NCBI GenBank assembly: GCA_001916035.1 | Contig: MNRQ01000021.1 | Span: 57,307 to 70,361, forward strand | Origin: Clostridium sp. 27_14 | GTDB taxonomy: Bacteria > Bacillota > Clostridia > TANB77 > CAG-508 | DNA length: 13,055 bases | Direction: 5' to 3' | Shown: in pieces, positions 1-6,682 of the stretch | Position numbering within the stretch: position 1 is the stretch's first letter | Layout of the letters: every line of letters begins with the position of its first letter | Program-made: the position numbers and the translations under genes | Notes under the pieces: generated by a model | The model's input: only the letters and a program-made list of their open reading frames with translations | Database searches by the model: none | Told to the model about the DNA's origin: nothing

Positions 1-120
1 ATAATAAAAAAATAATAATAAAAAAATAATAATAAAAAAATAATAATAAAAAAATAATAATAAAAAATAATAATAAAAAATAATAATAAATAAATAATAA
101 TAATAATAATAAATAAAAAT
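1..120. repeat. AT-only tandem repeat with unit TAATAATAAAAAAA (14 nt, about 4.5 copies), decaying to 13-nt units and then (TAA)n. It is cut by the window edge.
   Basis: There is no G or C in 120 nt. T triplets fall at 13/16/19, 27/30/33, 41/44/47, 55/58/61, 68/71/74 and 81/84/87. The periods are therefore 14, 14, 14, 13, 13, followed by degenerate TAA repeats at 95..110. Confidence 0.85.
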
Positions 121-1824
121 TTATTTAAAATAAGAAATCATTTTTATTTTTTGAGGAATAAAAATTTTTTTACCATCTGACAAAAAAGACAAAGCAGAAA
201 AAGTTTCTAAATTCTGAGTAAAAAATTTTGTATCATAAATAAAATCATTTTGAATAACAGTACTATAAGATTCAGAAATATTAGAATTTTCAGAATTCAA
301 AGTATTAGTTATATAACTAAATTTTGTCTCTTTAGCATTTTCAGAAACACTTTTAGAAATTTTTTCTTTATCCTCTTTCCCTAATTGTTTTTGAGCCTCT
401 TCAATAGTAAAAATATCATCAGTTCTAAACCAAATTTTATTAACCAAATTTTGAATAATAACTTTAACACTAGCATCATCTTTAAGAGTATTTTTTAAAG
501 AAGAATAACTTTGAGTAGAAACAATATTAATACATTTAGCTTCTCTACTCATAGAAAAGAAATCAGCATCAGTTTTAGTACAAAATTTATCATACTCATC
601 ACAAACAAAAATATTTTTTTTAGCAATATTATTTGCCAAAAAAGACATAACCTCAGTTTGAAAGTCTAATTTCAAATAAGTAGCAATAATTTTAGACAAA
701 AATGTGTATTCTGAAACATTAATATTTAAAACAACAATTTTACCATTTTGAATAATATCAGAAAAACCATCAAAGTTTAATTTATCTTTTGGAGGACAAA
801 AAGTTGAACAAACATCATAATCTGAAACAAAAACATTAGTAATGCGAGTAATTTCAGAAACTAAAATACCTTTAGTACGTTCATCTAAGCACAAAAATTC
901 ATTTTGAAAAAAATTCAAACACTCATTTAATTCATAAATATCACGATTAGAAAAATTAGAGCTAACGAATAAATCACGTAAAAAGTTTACTTTAGAAAAA
1001 TAATAAGAAGTATCAGTAATCAACTTATGAAGTTCCAAAAAAGTAACATAGCCATTATTATATAATCTACATAATTTAATAGCCTCTGCTAAAATTTGTT
1101 CAGCTTTATCAAGCCAATAAGATTCAGAATTATTTTCAGAAAATAAAGTTAAAATTGTCTTTAAACGATTTGCCAAAATCTGAGGTTTCAAATTAGGCTT
1201 ATGCAAAGGATTGTAAAAAACATTGTTATGCAAAGAAATAACAAATAGATCATTTTGCAAATCATATTTGCAAACAATATTAGAAACATAATTATAAAAA
1301 TTACCTTTTACATCTAAAATAAGCATACCAAATTTATCAGTTAAATTTTCACTATTATATTTTATAAATTGTTCAACAAAAGGATAAATAGCTGAAGAAG
1401 TTTTACCAGTTCCAATAGTCCCAGTAATTAAAAAATTTTGAAATAAACCAGATTCTTGTAAATAAATAGGAGAATTATCAGAATAATTGTTACCAACAAA
1501 AAGACTAAAATTATTATTCAAAAACGAAATATCTGCAAATTCAGTAGTATTAAAAAAATTAAAATTCCTAAAAGAAAAATGAATAAAAAAACGGGTATAC
1601 AGAAACCTTATAAAAATAAAACTAGAAAAAGGAAAAGTAAAAAGATAAGTATTTTTAATAAAATTCCAAAGAACAGGCTGTGAAGAACAAATATCAAAAG
1701 GATGAATTGCGTAAGGAATAATAATTTCATCTGCTACATAAATAGGATAAAAAAATTTAAAATTTAAAACACAAAAAAATATAAAAAGAAAAAAGGAAAA
1801 GCAAAAAGAAAATTTATGACGAAT
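121..1824 (-). CDS. Membrane-anchored type IV coupling protein-like P-loop ATPase (VirD4/TraG/TraD family). The proposed start is ATT at 1824; the track start at 1521 is a TTG.
   Basis: The frame stays open for 101 codons upstream of the track start and contains no ATG, GTG or TTG. The SD GGAGGTGA (1836..1829) lies 7 nt before the in-frame ATT at 1824..1822. The extension encodes two hydrophobic segments, FSFCFSFFLFIFFCVLNF and TYLFTFPFSSFIFIRFLY. The soluble part carries Walker A GTIGTGKTSS (~1399..1422), ILDVKG, YNPL, Walker B IFVCDEY and SREAKCINIVSTQSYSSL. That is the motif order typical of T4CPs. The stop is TAA at 121. Confidence 0.7.
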   Translation of the reverse strand: MRHKFSFCFSFFLFIFFCVLNFKFFYPIYVADEIIIPYAIHPFDICSSQPVLWNFIKNTYLFTFPFSSFIFIRFLYTRFFIHFSFRNFNFFNTTEFADISFLNNNFSLFVGNNYSDNSPIYLQESGLFQNFLITGTIGTGKTSSAIYPFVEQFIKYNSENLTDKFGMLILDVKGNFYNYVSNIVCKYDLQNDLFVISLHNNVFYNPLHKPNLKPQILANRLKTILTLFSENNSESYWLDKAEQILAEAIKLCRLYNNGYVTFLELHKLITDTSYYFSKVNFLRDLFVSSNFSNRDIYELNECLNFFQNEFLCLDERTKGILVSEITRITNVFVSDYDVCSTFCPPKDKLNFDGFSDIIQNGKIVVLNINVSEYTFLSKIIATYLKLDFQTEVMSFLANNIAKKNIFVCDEYDKFCTKTDADFFSMSREAKCINIVSTQSYSSLKNTLKDDASVKVIIQNLVNKIWFRTDDIFTIEEAQKQLGKEDKEKISKSVSENAKETKFSYITNTLNSENSNISESYSTVIQNDFIYDTKFFTQNLETFSALSFLSDGKKIFIPQKIKMISYFK

Positions 1825-1859
1825 AAAATCACCTCCAAAAAATAATTAAAAAAAGAAAA

Positions 1860-2006
1860 TTAAGAATTAATATTTCTTTTAATTTGTAATTTTGATCCTT
1901 GTTTGTTATGAAAAAACTTTATATAAAAAAACATATATAATGAATATAAAGAAATAAAAAAACAGATAATAAATGAAAAGAAAAATAAATTAATTAAGAA
2001 TTGCAT
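1860..2006 (-). CDS. Candidate 48-aa small membrane protein (MQFLINLFFFSFIICFFISLYSLYMFFYIKFFHNKQGSKLQIKRNINS), too short for the ORF track
   Basis: ATG at 2006 lies 4 nt after the SD-like AAGGTGGTGG (2020..2011). The ORF has one hydrophobic helix and a basic tail, and ends in TAA at 1862..1860. It stops 23 nt before the SD of the downstream ATPase gene. 48 stop-free codons is notable in such AT-rich DNA. Confidence 0.4.
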   Translation of the reverse strand: MQFLINLFFFSFIICFFISLYSLYMFFYIKFFHNKQGSKLQIKRNINS

Positions 2007-2062
2007 AATTCCACCACCTTTAAGAATGGATTGCAAAACTATAATACAACAAAATTATTAAT

Positions 2063-2091
2063 TTGTCTATACTTTTTTTAAAAAATATGAT
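2063..2091 (+). promoter_or_regulatory. Sigma-A-type promoter candidate for the DUF1858 gene
   Basis: TTGTCT (2063..2068), a 17-nt spacer, then TATGAT (2086..2091), about 50 nt upstream of the ATG at 2143. Confidence 0.4.
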
Positions 2092-2142
2092 AAAATTAAA
2101 AAAATACCAAAATTTATAAAATAGAAAAGGAGGATATAAGCA

Positions 2143-2328
2143 ATGGAAATAAATAAAGACACAACAATAGGAGAAATATTAGAAAAAGCTCCAGAAAAAG
2201 CAGAATTATTACTAGAAGTAGGTATGCATTGTTTAGGATGTCCAGCTTCACAAATGGAGACATTAGAAGAAGCATGTGCAGTACATGGAATAGATGTAAA
2301 CGAAGTTGTTGAAAAATTAAATAAATAA
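2143..2328 (+). CDS. DUF1858 protein (hybrid-cluster-protein-associated redox disulfide domain)
   Basis: 61 aa with the family-typical GMHCLGCP...LEEAC..HGID signature. RBS AAAGGAGG (2128..2135) lies 7 nt before the ATG. Stop is TAA. Confidence 0.85.
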   Translation: MEINKDTTIGEILEKAPEKAELLLEVGMHCLGCPASQMETLEEACAVHGIDVNEVVEKLNK

Positions 2329-2352
2329 TCAAGCAAAAATAACATAAAAAGA

Positions 2353-2408
2353 GCGGATAAAAACAAAAAAATATAAAGAATTAAAAAATCCGCATCTTTG
2401 TTTTTTAT
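2353..2408 (+). terminator. Weak terminator candidate after the DUF1858 gene
   Basis: GCGGAT (2353..2358) pairs with ATCCGC (2388..2393), followed by CTTTGTTTTTTAT. The 29-nt A-rich loop is atypically long, so confidence is low. Confidence 0.3.
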
Positions 2409-2457
2409 ACACAGAATATACAAAAACAATAAATTTTAAAAAATTTGTAAAAAAGTA

Positions 2458-2486
2458 TTGACAAATGTAAAAAAACATAGTATTAT
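2458..2486 (+). promoter_or_regulatory. Strong sigma-A promoter of the tRNA cluster
   Basis: TTGACA (2458..2463), a 17-nt spacer, then TATTAT (2481..2486), with an A-rich UP-like tract upstream. It shares GTATTGACAAAT and AGTATTATA with the promoter at 8829. Confidence 0.6.
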
Positions 2487-2514
2487 ATAAAAGCGTTATG
2501 GAGAACACGCAAAT

Positions 2515-2590
2515 GGGCTATTAGCTCAGGTGGTAGAGCACTTGACTTTTAATCAAGTTGTCCCGCGTTCGAGTCGCGGATAGCTCACCA
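2515..2590 (+). tRNA. trnK: tRNA-Lys (anticodon TTT), CCA encoded
   Basis: Folded by hand into a cloverleaf. Acceptor GGGCTAT/ATAGCTC, D stem GCTC/GAGC, anticodon stem CTTGA/TCAAG with loop CTTTTAA, T arm CCGCG-TTCGAGT-CGCGG. Confidence 0.9.
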
Positions 2591-2630
2591 AGAACTAAAT
2601 AACTAAAACAAACAGTTATTTAGTTCTTTA
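2591..2630 (+). terminator. Terminator-like perfect 14-bp hairpin directly after tRNA-Lys and inside the tRNA cluster
   Basis: AGAACTAAATAACT (2591..2604), a 9-nt loop, then AGTTATTTAGTTCT (2614..2627), followed by TTATATT. The next tRNA starts at 2637. Confidence 0.5.
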
Positions 2631-2636
2631 TATTAA

Positions 2637-2711
2637 GGCCCCGTGGTCAAGCGGTTAAGACATCGCCCTTTCACGGCGGAGACATGGGTTCGATTCCCGT
2701 CGGGGTCACCA
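2637..2711 (+). tRNA. trnE: tRNA-Glu (anticodon TTC), CCA encoded
   Basis: Acceptor GGCCCCG/CGGGGTC, anticodon loop CTTTCAC, T arm TGGGTTCGATTCCCG. It closely resembles canonical Firmicute tRNA-Glu. Confidence 0.9.
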
Positions 2712-2728
2712 AAATATTTATATATTTT

Positions 2729-2804
2729 GCCACTTTAGCTCAGCTGGTAGAGCATCGCACTTGTAATGCGAGGGTCATCCGTTCAAGTCGGATAAGTGGC
2801 TCCA
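2729..2804 (+). tRNA. trnT: tRNA-Thr (anticodon TGT), CCA encoded
   Basis: Acceptor GCCACTT/AAGTGGC, anticodon stem TCGCA/TGCGA with loop CTTGTAA, T arm ATCCG-TTCAAGT-CGGAT. Confidence 0.9.
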
Positions 2805-2823
2805 AAATTGTCAGTAGTTTTGC

Positions 2824-2851
2824 AAAAGCAGAATTACTGGCTTTTTGTTTT
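2824..2851 (+). terminator. Candidate rho-independent terminator of the tRNA operon
   Basis: AAAAGCAG (2824..2831), loop AATTA, then CTGGCTTTT (2837..2845, one bulged C), running into TTTTTGTTTT. Confidence 0.4.
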
Positions 2852-3033
2852 ACGCAAAACAAAAAAATAAATTCAACAAATATACAAAAATTCAATAAGA
2901 AATATAAATAATAAAAAATGCAAATATTCAATAAAAAATACAAATAAAATTGCTAAGCAAAGCAAATAATTTATAAAGAAAAGTAAAAAATTATACAAAT
3001 AATATAATAAAATCAGAAAGGAAAGCAAATAAA

Positions 3034-3768
3034 ATGGAAAAAAAAATTATAATAGTAACAGGTGCATCAAGAGGAATAGGAAAAGAAATAGCAAAAACAT
3101 TAGCAAAAGAAGGACATACAGTAATCGCAAATTATAACAAATCAGAAAAAGAAGCACAGAAATTAAAAGAAGAGTTAAAAAAAGAAAACAAAGAAATAGA
3201 AATATACAAAGCAGATATTTCAAAAGAAGAAGAAATAAAAAAAATGGTAGAATACACAATAAAAAAATATAAAAAAATAGATATTTTAATTAATAATGCA
3301 GGAATAGACAAAATACAATTATCAACAGAAGTGACAAAAAAAGATTGGGACGAAATAATAAACACAAATCTATATGGAACATTCTACATAACTCAACAAG
3401 TAACAAAAAACATGATACAAAATAAAAAAGGAAAAATAATAAATATATCATCAATATGGGGACAGATAGGAGCATCAATGGAAGTAGTATACTCAATATC
3501 AAAAGCAGGAGTAGACGGATTAACAAAAGCATTAGCAAAAGAATTAGGACCATCAGGAATACAAGTAAATTCAATAGCACCAGGATTTATAAAAACAGAA
3601 ATGAATGCAGGATACAATAAAAAAGAACTAGAAGAAATAAAAGACGAAATACCACTACAAAAATTAGGAGAATGTGAAGACATAGCAAGATGTATAAAAT
3701 GGCTTATAGAAGATAAATATGTAACAGGACAAATAATAGCAATAAATGGAGGATGGAGTATAACATAA
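3034..3768 (+). CDS. fabG: Short-chain dehydrogenase/reductase, 3-oxoacyl-ACP reductase (FabG)-like
   Basis: 244 aa with TGASRGIGKEIA (NAD(P)-binding), NNAG, the catalytic S...YSISKAG (Y-x3-K) and PGFIKTEM. RBS is GAAAGGAAAG. The gene is not within a fab operon, so the symbol is tentative. Confidence 0.8.
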   Translation: MEKKIIIVTGASRGIGKEIAKTLAKEGHTVIANYNKSEKEAQKLKEELKKENKEIEIYKADISKEEEIKKMVEYTIKKYKKIDILINNAGIDKIQLSTEVTKKDWDEIINTNLYGTFYITQQVTKNMIQNKKGKIINISSIWGQIGASMEVVYSISKAGVDGLTKALAKELGPSGIQVNSIAPGFIKTEMNAGYNKKELEEIKDEIPLQKLGECEDIARCIKWLIEDKYVTGQIIAINGGWSIT

Positions 3769-3781
3769 AAAAAGCTATTAG

Positions 3782-3814
3782 AAAAACAAAAAAAGGATAT
3801 TCATAAATATCCTT
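3782..3814 (-). terminator. Rho-independent terminator of the minus-strand CBM-like gene
   Basis: AAGGATAT (3793..3800), loop TCATAA, then ATATCCTT (3807..3814). On the minus strand the hairpin is followed by TTTTTTTGTTTTT (complement of 3782..3792+). Confidence 0.6.
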
Positions 3815-3826
3815 AAAAATCAACAA

Positions 3827-4306
3827 TTATTGAGCTTGATCAAAAGCTCTATTTTTTTTCTTATAATTTCCAGAAATCAATTTTGGAAGATAAGTAATAA
3901 TCTTATAAACAGCCAAACGAATTTTTTTACTCCATAAATAAGATTTTCTAAGTTTTCTAGGAGCACCAATAGAAGAAGGCACATCCTCTAAAACAATCAA
4001 TTCTGTTTGAGGTTTTTCCAATTGAAAAACATAATTTTGACCATCATTATTATCCCATTGACCATTAGAATTTCTAAAACAAAAATTAAAAGTATCACCT
4101 TCGCACAATAGAAGTTCAGCCTGAAAACCTAATTCCGTTTTTTCCATTTGAATCTCATTAATATTATCCCAATTATGACCAAAACCATAATGAATAAAAA
4201 CATCTTCAGATCCATCTTGAAAAAATTCACCAGTATAAGATATTTTAACATTACTATTTTCAATTAATTTATCAGTATTAAAAAATATATTTTTCATTAA
4301 TTCCAT
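3827..4306 (-). CDS. CBM25/CBM53-like carbohydrate (starch/glycogen)-binding module protein with a basic C-terminal tail
   Basis: Carries HYGFGHNW....M...GFQAEL......FNFCFRNSNGQWDNNDGQNYVF, the hallmark WDNN-x-G-x-NY pattern of CBM25/53. The start is moved to ATG 4306 because AAGGAG (4320..4315) lies 8 nt upstream of it. The track's TTG at 4312 is only 2 nt from the SD. Confidence 0.65.
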   Translation of the reverse strand: MELMKNIFFNTDKLIENSNVKISYTGEFFQDGSEDVFIHYGFGHNWDNINEIQMEKTELGFQAELLLCEGDTFNFCFRNSNGQWDNNDGQNYVFQLEKPQTELIVLEDVPSSIGAPRKLRKSYLWSKKIRLAVYKIITYLPKLISGNYKKKNRAFDQAQ

Positions 4307-4340
4307 GTTCAAAACTCCTTATTTATCTTTTGCTACAAAC

Positions 4341-4369
4341 ATTATAATATTAAAATCAACAATGTGCAA
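4341..4369 (-). promoter_or_regulatory. Sigma-A promoter candidate for the CBM-like gene
   Basis: Read on the minus strand: TTGCAC (4369..4364), a 17-nt spacer, then TATAAT (4346..4341). Confidence 0.5.
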
Positions 4370-4487
4370 GAGTTTTTTTGAAAAAAATGAAAAAAATTGT
4401 CAAAAAAATAAAAAGAAGAATAAAATAAAAAAGCAAACATAAGATAAAATAAGGAAAATTAAAGCAATAGAAAAAACATAAAAAATA

Positions 4488-4516
4488 TTGTAAAAAAAAA
4501 ATATTTGTGCTAAAAT
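4488..4516 (+). promoter_or_regulatory. Sigma-A promoter candidate (extended -10) for the VanW gene
   Basis: TTGTAA (4488..4493), a 17-nt spacer ending in TGC, then TAAAAT (4511..4516). Confidence 0.45.
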
Positions 4517-4549
4517 TTTAAATAGAAAAAACAATAAGGGGAAATGAAA

Positions 4550-6466
4550 ATGGAAGAAAACTTAAAAGAACGAGAAGAAGAAAAGCAAAAAGAAGAAAAC
4601 ACAAAAAAAAGAGAAGAAGAATTTAAACAAATAAAAGAAAAACCAAAGAAAATAAAGAAAGAAAAAGACAAAATGAAAGAAAAAAAGAAAAAAAGAAAAT
4701 GGATACCAATAACAATATTGATAATATTAATAATGGGAATAATAATATCAACAATATTTGCATTTGCAAACATAAATAAAGAAACAATAGCAAGTGGAGT
4801 AAAAATAGAAGGAATAGATGTATCAGGACTATCAGCAGACGAAGCAAAAGGAAAACTAGAAACAATATATAAAGAAAAGCTAGAAACAGAAATACCAGTA
4901 CAATATAATGAATACGAATCAACAATAAATGCAAATCTATTTGAAACACAATACAATATAGAAAAAGCAGTAAAACAAGCAACTAACATAGGAAAAGGCG
5001 GAAACATATTTGAAAATAACTATAACATACTATTTGCACTAATAGGAAAAAAAGATATAAAAGTAGAAATGCAAATAAACGAAGAAGCAGCAAAAAAGAT
5101 AATAGAAGATTTAGGCACAAACCTACCAGGAGTAGTAATAGAATCATCATATTATATAGAAGACAATAAGCTAATAATAACAAAAGGACAATCAGGAGTA
5201 AAAATAAACACAGATAAAATGCTAGAAGAATTAAAAGAAAAACTAAAAGGAACAGAAAAAATAACAAACTATATAAACATACCAGTAACAGAAGAAAATC
5301 CAACAGCGATAGACATAGACAAAATACATGAAGAAATATATAAAGAAGTTAAAGACGCATATTACACACAAAACCCATTCGAAATACACCCAGAAGAAGA
5401 AGGAATAGACTTTGACGTAGAAACAGCTAAAAAAGCATTAGAAGAAGAAAAAGAAGAATATGAAATAGAACTAAAAATAACAAAACCAAAAGTAACAACA
5501 AGTCAAATAGGAACAGAAGCATTTCCAGACCAATTAGCAACATTCAGAACAAACTATGATGGAGGAGACAAAGACAGAACAACAAACCTACAAATAGCAT
5601 GCAACAAAATAAACGGAAAAGTAGTAATGCCAAATGAAACATTTTCATACAACAAAACATTAGGAGCAAGAACAGCAGCAGCAGGATACAAAAACGCAAA
5701 AGTATACGAAGCAGGCCAAGTAGTAGACGGAATAGGAGGAGGAATATGCCAAATATCAACAACACTATATAATACAGTATTAAGAGCCAATTTAGAAATA
5801 GTAGAAAGAAAAAACCATCAATTTGTAACATCTTATGTAGAAGCAGGAATGGATGCAACAGTAGTATACGGAATGACAGACTTCAAATTTAAAAACACAA
5901 GAAAATATCCAGTAAAAATAATAGCATCAGCAAAAAACGGAGTAGCAACAGTATCATTATACGGAATAAAAGAAAGTGAAGAATACACATTTTCATTTAG
6001 AACAGTAACAGTATCAACAATACCAACATCAACAAAATATGTAGACGATCCAACATTAGTAGTAGGAACAGAAAAAGTAAAACAAAAAGGAGCAAATGGC
6101 AAAAAAACAGAAACATACATGACAAAAATGTTAAATGGAAAAATAATAGAAACAAAAATCATATCAAGAGACATATATGACGCAATGCAAAGAATAGTAT
6201 TAAGAGGAACAAAAGGAGCAACAAACACAACAACTAAAACAGAAACAAACAATACAACAAAGGCAGAAACGACAAACACAAACAACGGAACAACAAACAA
6301 CAAAGAAACGAACAATAAAGAAACAAACTCAGGAACAACAAATAAACAACAAACAACACCGTCAACTGAAAAACAAAAAACAGACGCCACACCAACAAAT
6401 AATAATAAAACAACACAATCAACACAAAAAAGTGACAGCACAAAAACAAATGAGAAAGCAGAATAA
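4550..6466 (+). CDS. VanW family protein with an N-terminal charged region, one TM, a VanW domain, a G5 domain and a T/N/K-rich tail
   Basis: The TM is WIPITILIILIMGIIISTIFAFA. The VanW core is FSYNKTLGARTAAAGYKNA....GGGICQISTTLYN....ERKNH. The G5-like block is VDDPTLVVGTEKVKQKGANGKKTE...RIVLRGTK. Two in-frame ATGs exist at 4544 and 4550. AAGGGGA (4536..4542) favours 4550 by spacing, and 4544 is the alternative. Confidence 0.85.
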   Translation: MEENLKEREEEKQKEENTKKREEEFKQIKEKPKKIKKEKDKMKEKKKKRKWIPITILIILIMGIIISTIFAFANINKETIASGVKIEGIDVSGLSADEAKGKLETIYKEKLETEIPVQYNEYESTINANLFETQYNIEKAVKQATNIGKGGNIFENNYNILFALIGKKDIKVEMQINEEAAKKIIEDLGTNLPGVVIESSYYIEDNKLIITKGQSGVKINTDKMLEELKEKLKGTEKITNYINIPVTEENPTAIDIDKIHEEIYKEVKDAYYTQNPFEIHPEEEGIDFDVETAKKALEEEKEEYEIELKITKPKVTTSQIGTEAFPDQLATFRTNYDGGDKDRTTNLQIACNKINGKVVMPNETFSYNKTLGARTAAAGYKNAKVYEAGQVVDGIGGGICQISTTLYNTVLRANLEIVERKNHQFVTSYVEAGMDATVVYGMTDFKFKNTRKYPVKIIASAKNGVATVSLYGIKESEEYTFSFRTVTVSTIPTSTKYVDDPTLVVGTEKVKQKGANGKKTETYMTKMLNGKIIETKIISRDIYDAMQRIVLRGTKGATNTTTKTETNNTTKAETTNTNNGTTNNKETNNKETNSGTTNKQQTTPSTEKQKTDATPTNNNKTTQSTQKSDSTKTNEKAE

Positions 6467-6563
6467 ATAAAAACAAAACAATAAAAAAGTAAAAATTCAT
6501 AAAATATGTATAATAACATTTTATAAAAGCAAATATGTTACAACTTACTACAATACTAAAAAT

Positions 6564-6624
6564 AAAAACGGTACACAGGCTATAATAAGAATAAATCAAT
6601 TATATAGCACAAAGTACCGTTTTT
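6564..6624. terminator. Bidirectional terminator between the convergent VanW and dapA genes
   Basis: AAAAACGGTAC (6564..6574) pairs with GTACCGTTTTT (6614..6624), with an inner stem GCTATA (6579..6584)/TATAGC (6603..6608). An A-run lies on the left and a T-run on the right, so it can terminate both strands. Confidence 0.55.
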
Positions 6625-6682
6625 AATGTTATATATAATATAAAATGAAAAACAAAATGCAATTTATAAATTTTAAATAAAA

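Noticed and set aside
1-120. Possibility that the AT-only 13/14-mer array is a CRISPR array or the DNA-unwinding element of a replication origin
   Set aside because: There are no unique spacers between repeats, so it is not CRISPR. I found no DnaA-box-like TTATCCACA or TGTGGATAA clusters nearby, and the strand skew does not change sign anywhere in the window. An origin is therefore unsupported. It is kept only as a tandem repeat of unknown role.
121-2590. Idea that the coupling ATPase marks an integrative conjugative element inserted at the adjacent tRNA cluster
   Set aside because: The tRNA genes face away, with their 3' ends distal to the ATPase, and a housekeeping DUF1858 gene lies between. 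I could find no integrase, relaxase or direct repeat of a tRNA 3' end. The gene also shares the local codon skew. This cannot be excluded for sequence left of the window, but it is not supported within it.
2067-2943. ORFs 2067..2429(-), 2114..2332(-), 2684..2911(+) and 2740..2943(-)
   Set aside because: The first two are antisense to or overlap the DUF1858 gene. The last two run straight through the tRNA-Glu and tRNA-Thr genes. None has an RBS or recognisable domains.
3047-3683. Four minus-strand ORFs inside the SDR gene, and similar ones at 6688..6951, 7774..8007, 8926..9229, 9296..9606 and 11099..11332
   Set aside because: They are off-frame or antisense overlaps of well-supported genes, or of a tRNA and a promoter. 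Their translations are low-complexity hydrophobic strings, the same skew artefact.
4510-6599. Minus-strand ORFs 4510..5007, 4623..4982, 4983..5303, 5544..5858, 5554..5790, 5833..6519 and 6234..6599, lying antisense to the VanW gene or just downstream of it
   Set aside because: Their translations are F/L/C/V-rich low-complexity strings with no motifs or RBS. They arise because the VanW sense strand is so T-poor that its complement almost lacks the A needed for stop codons. They are composition artefacts.
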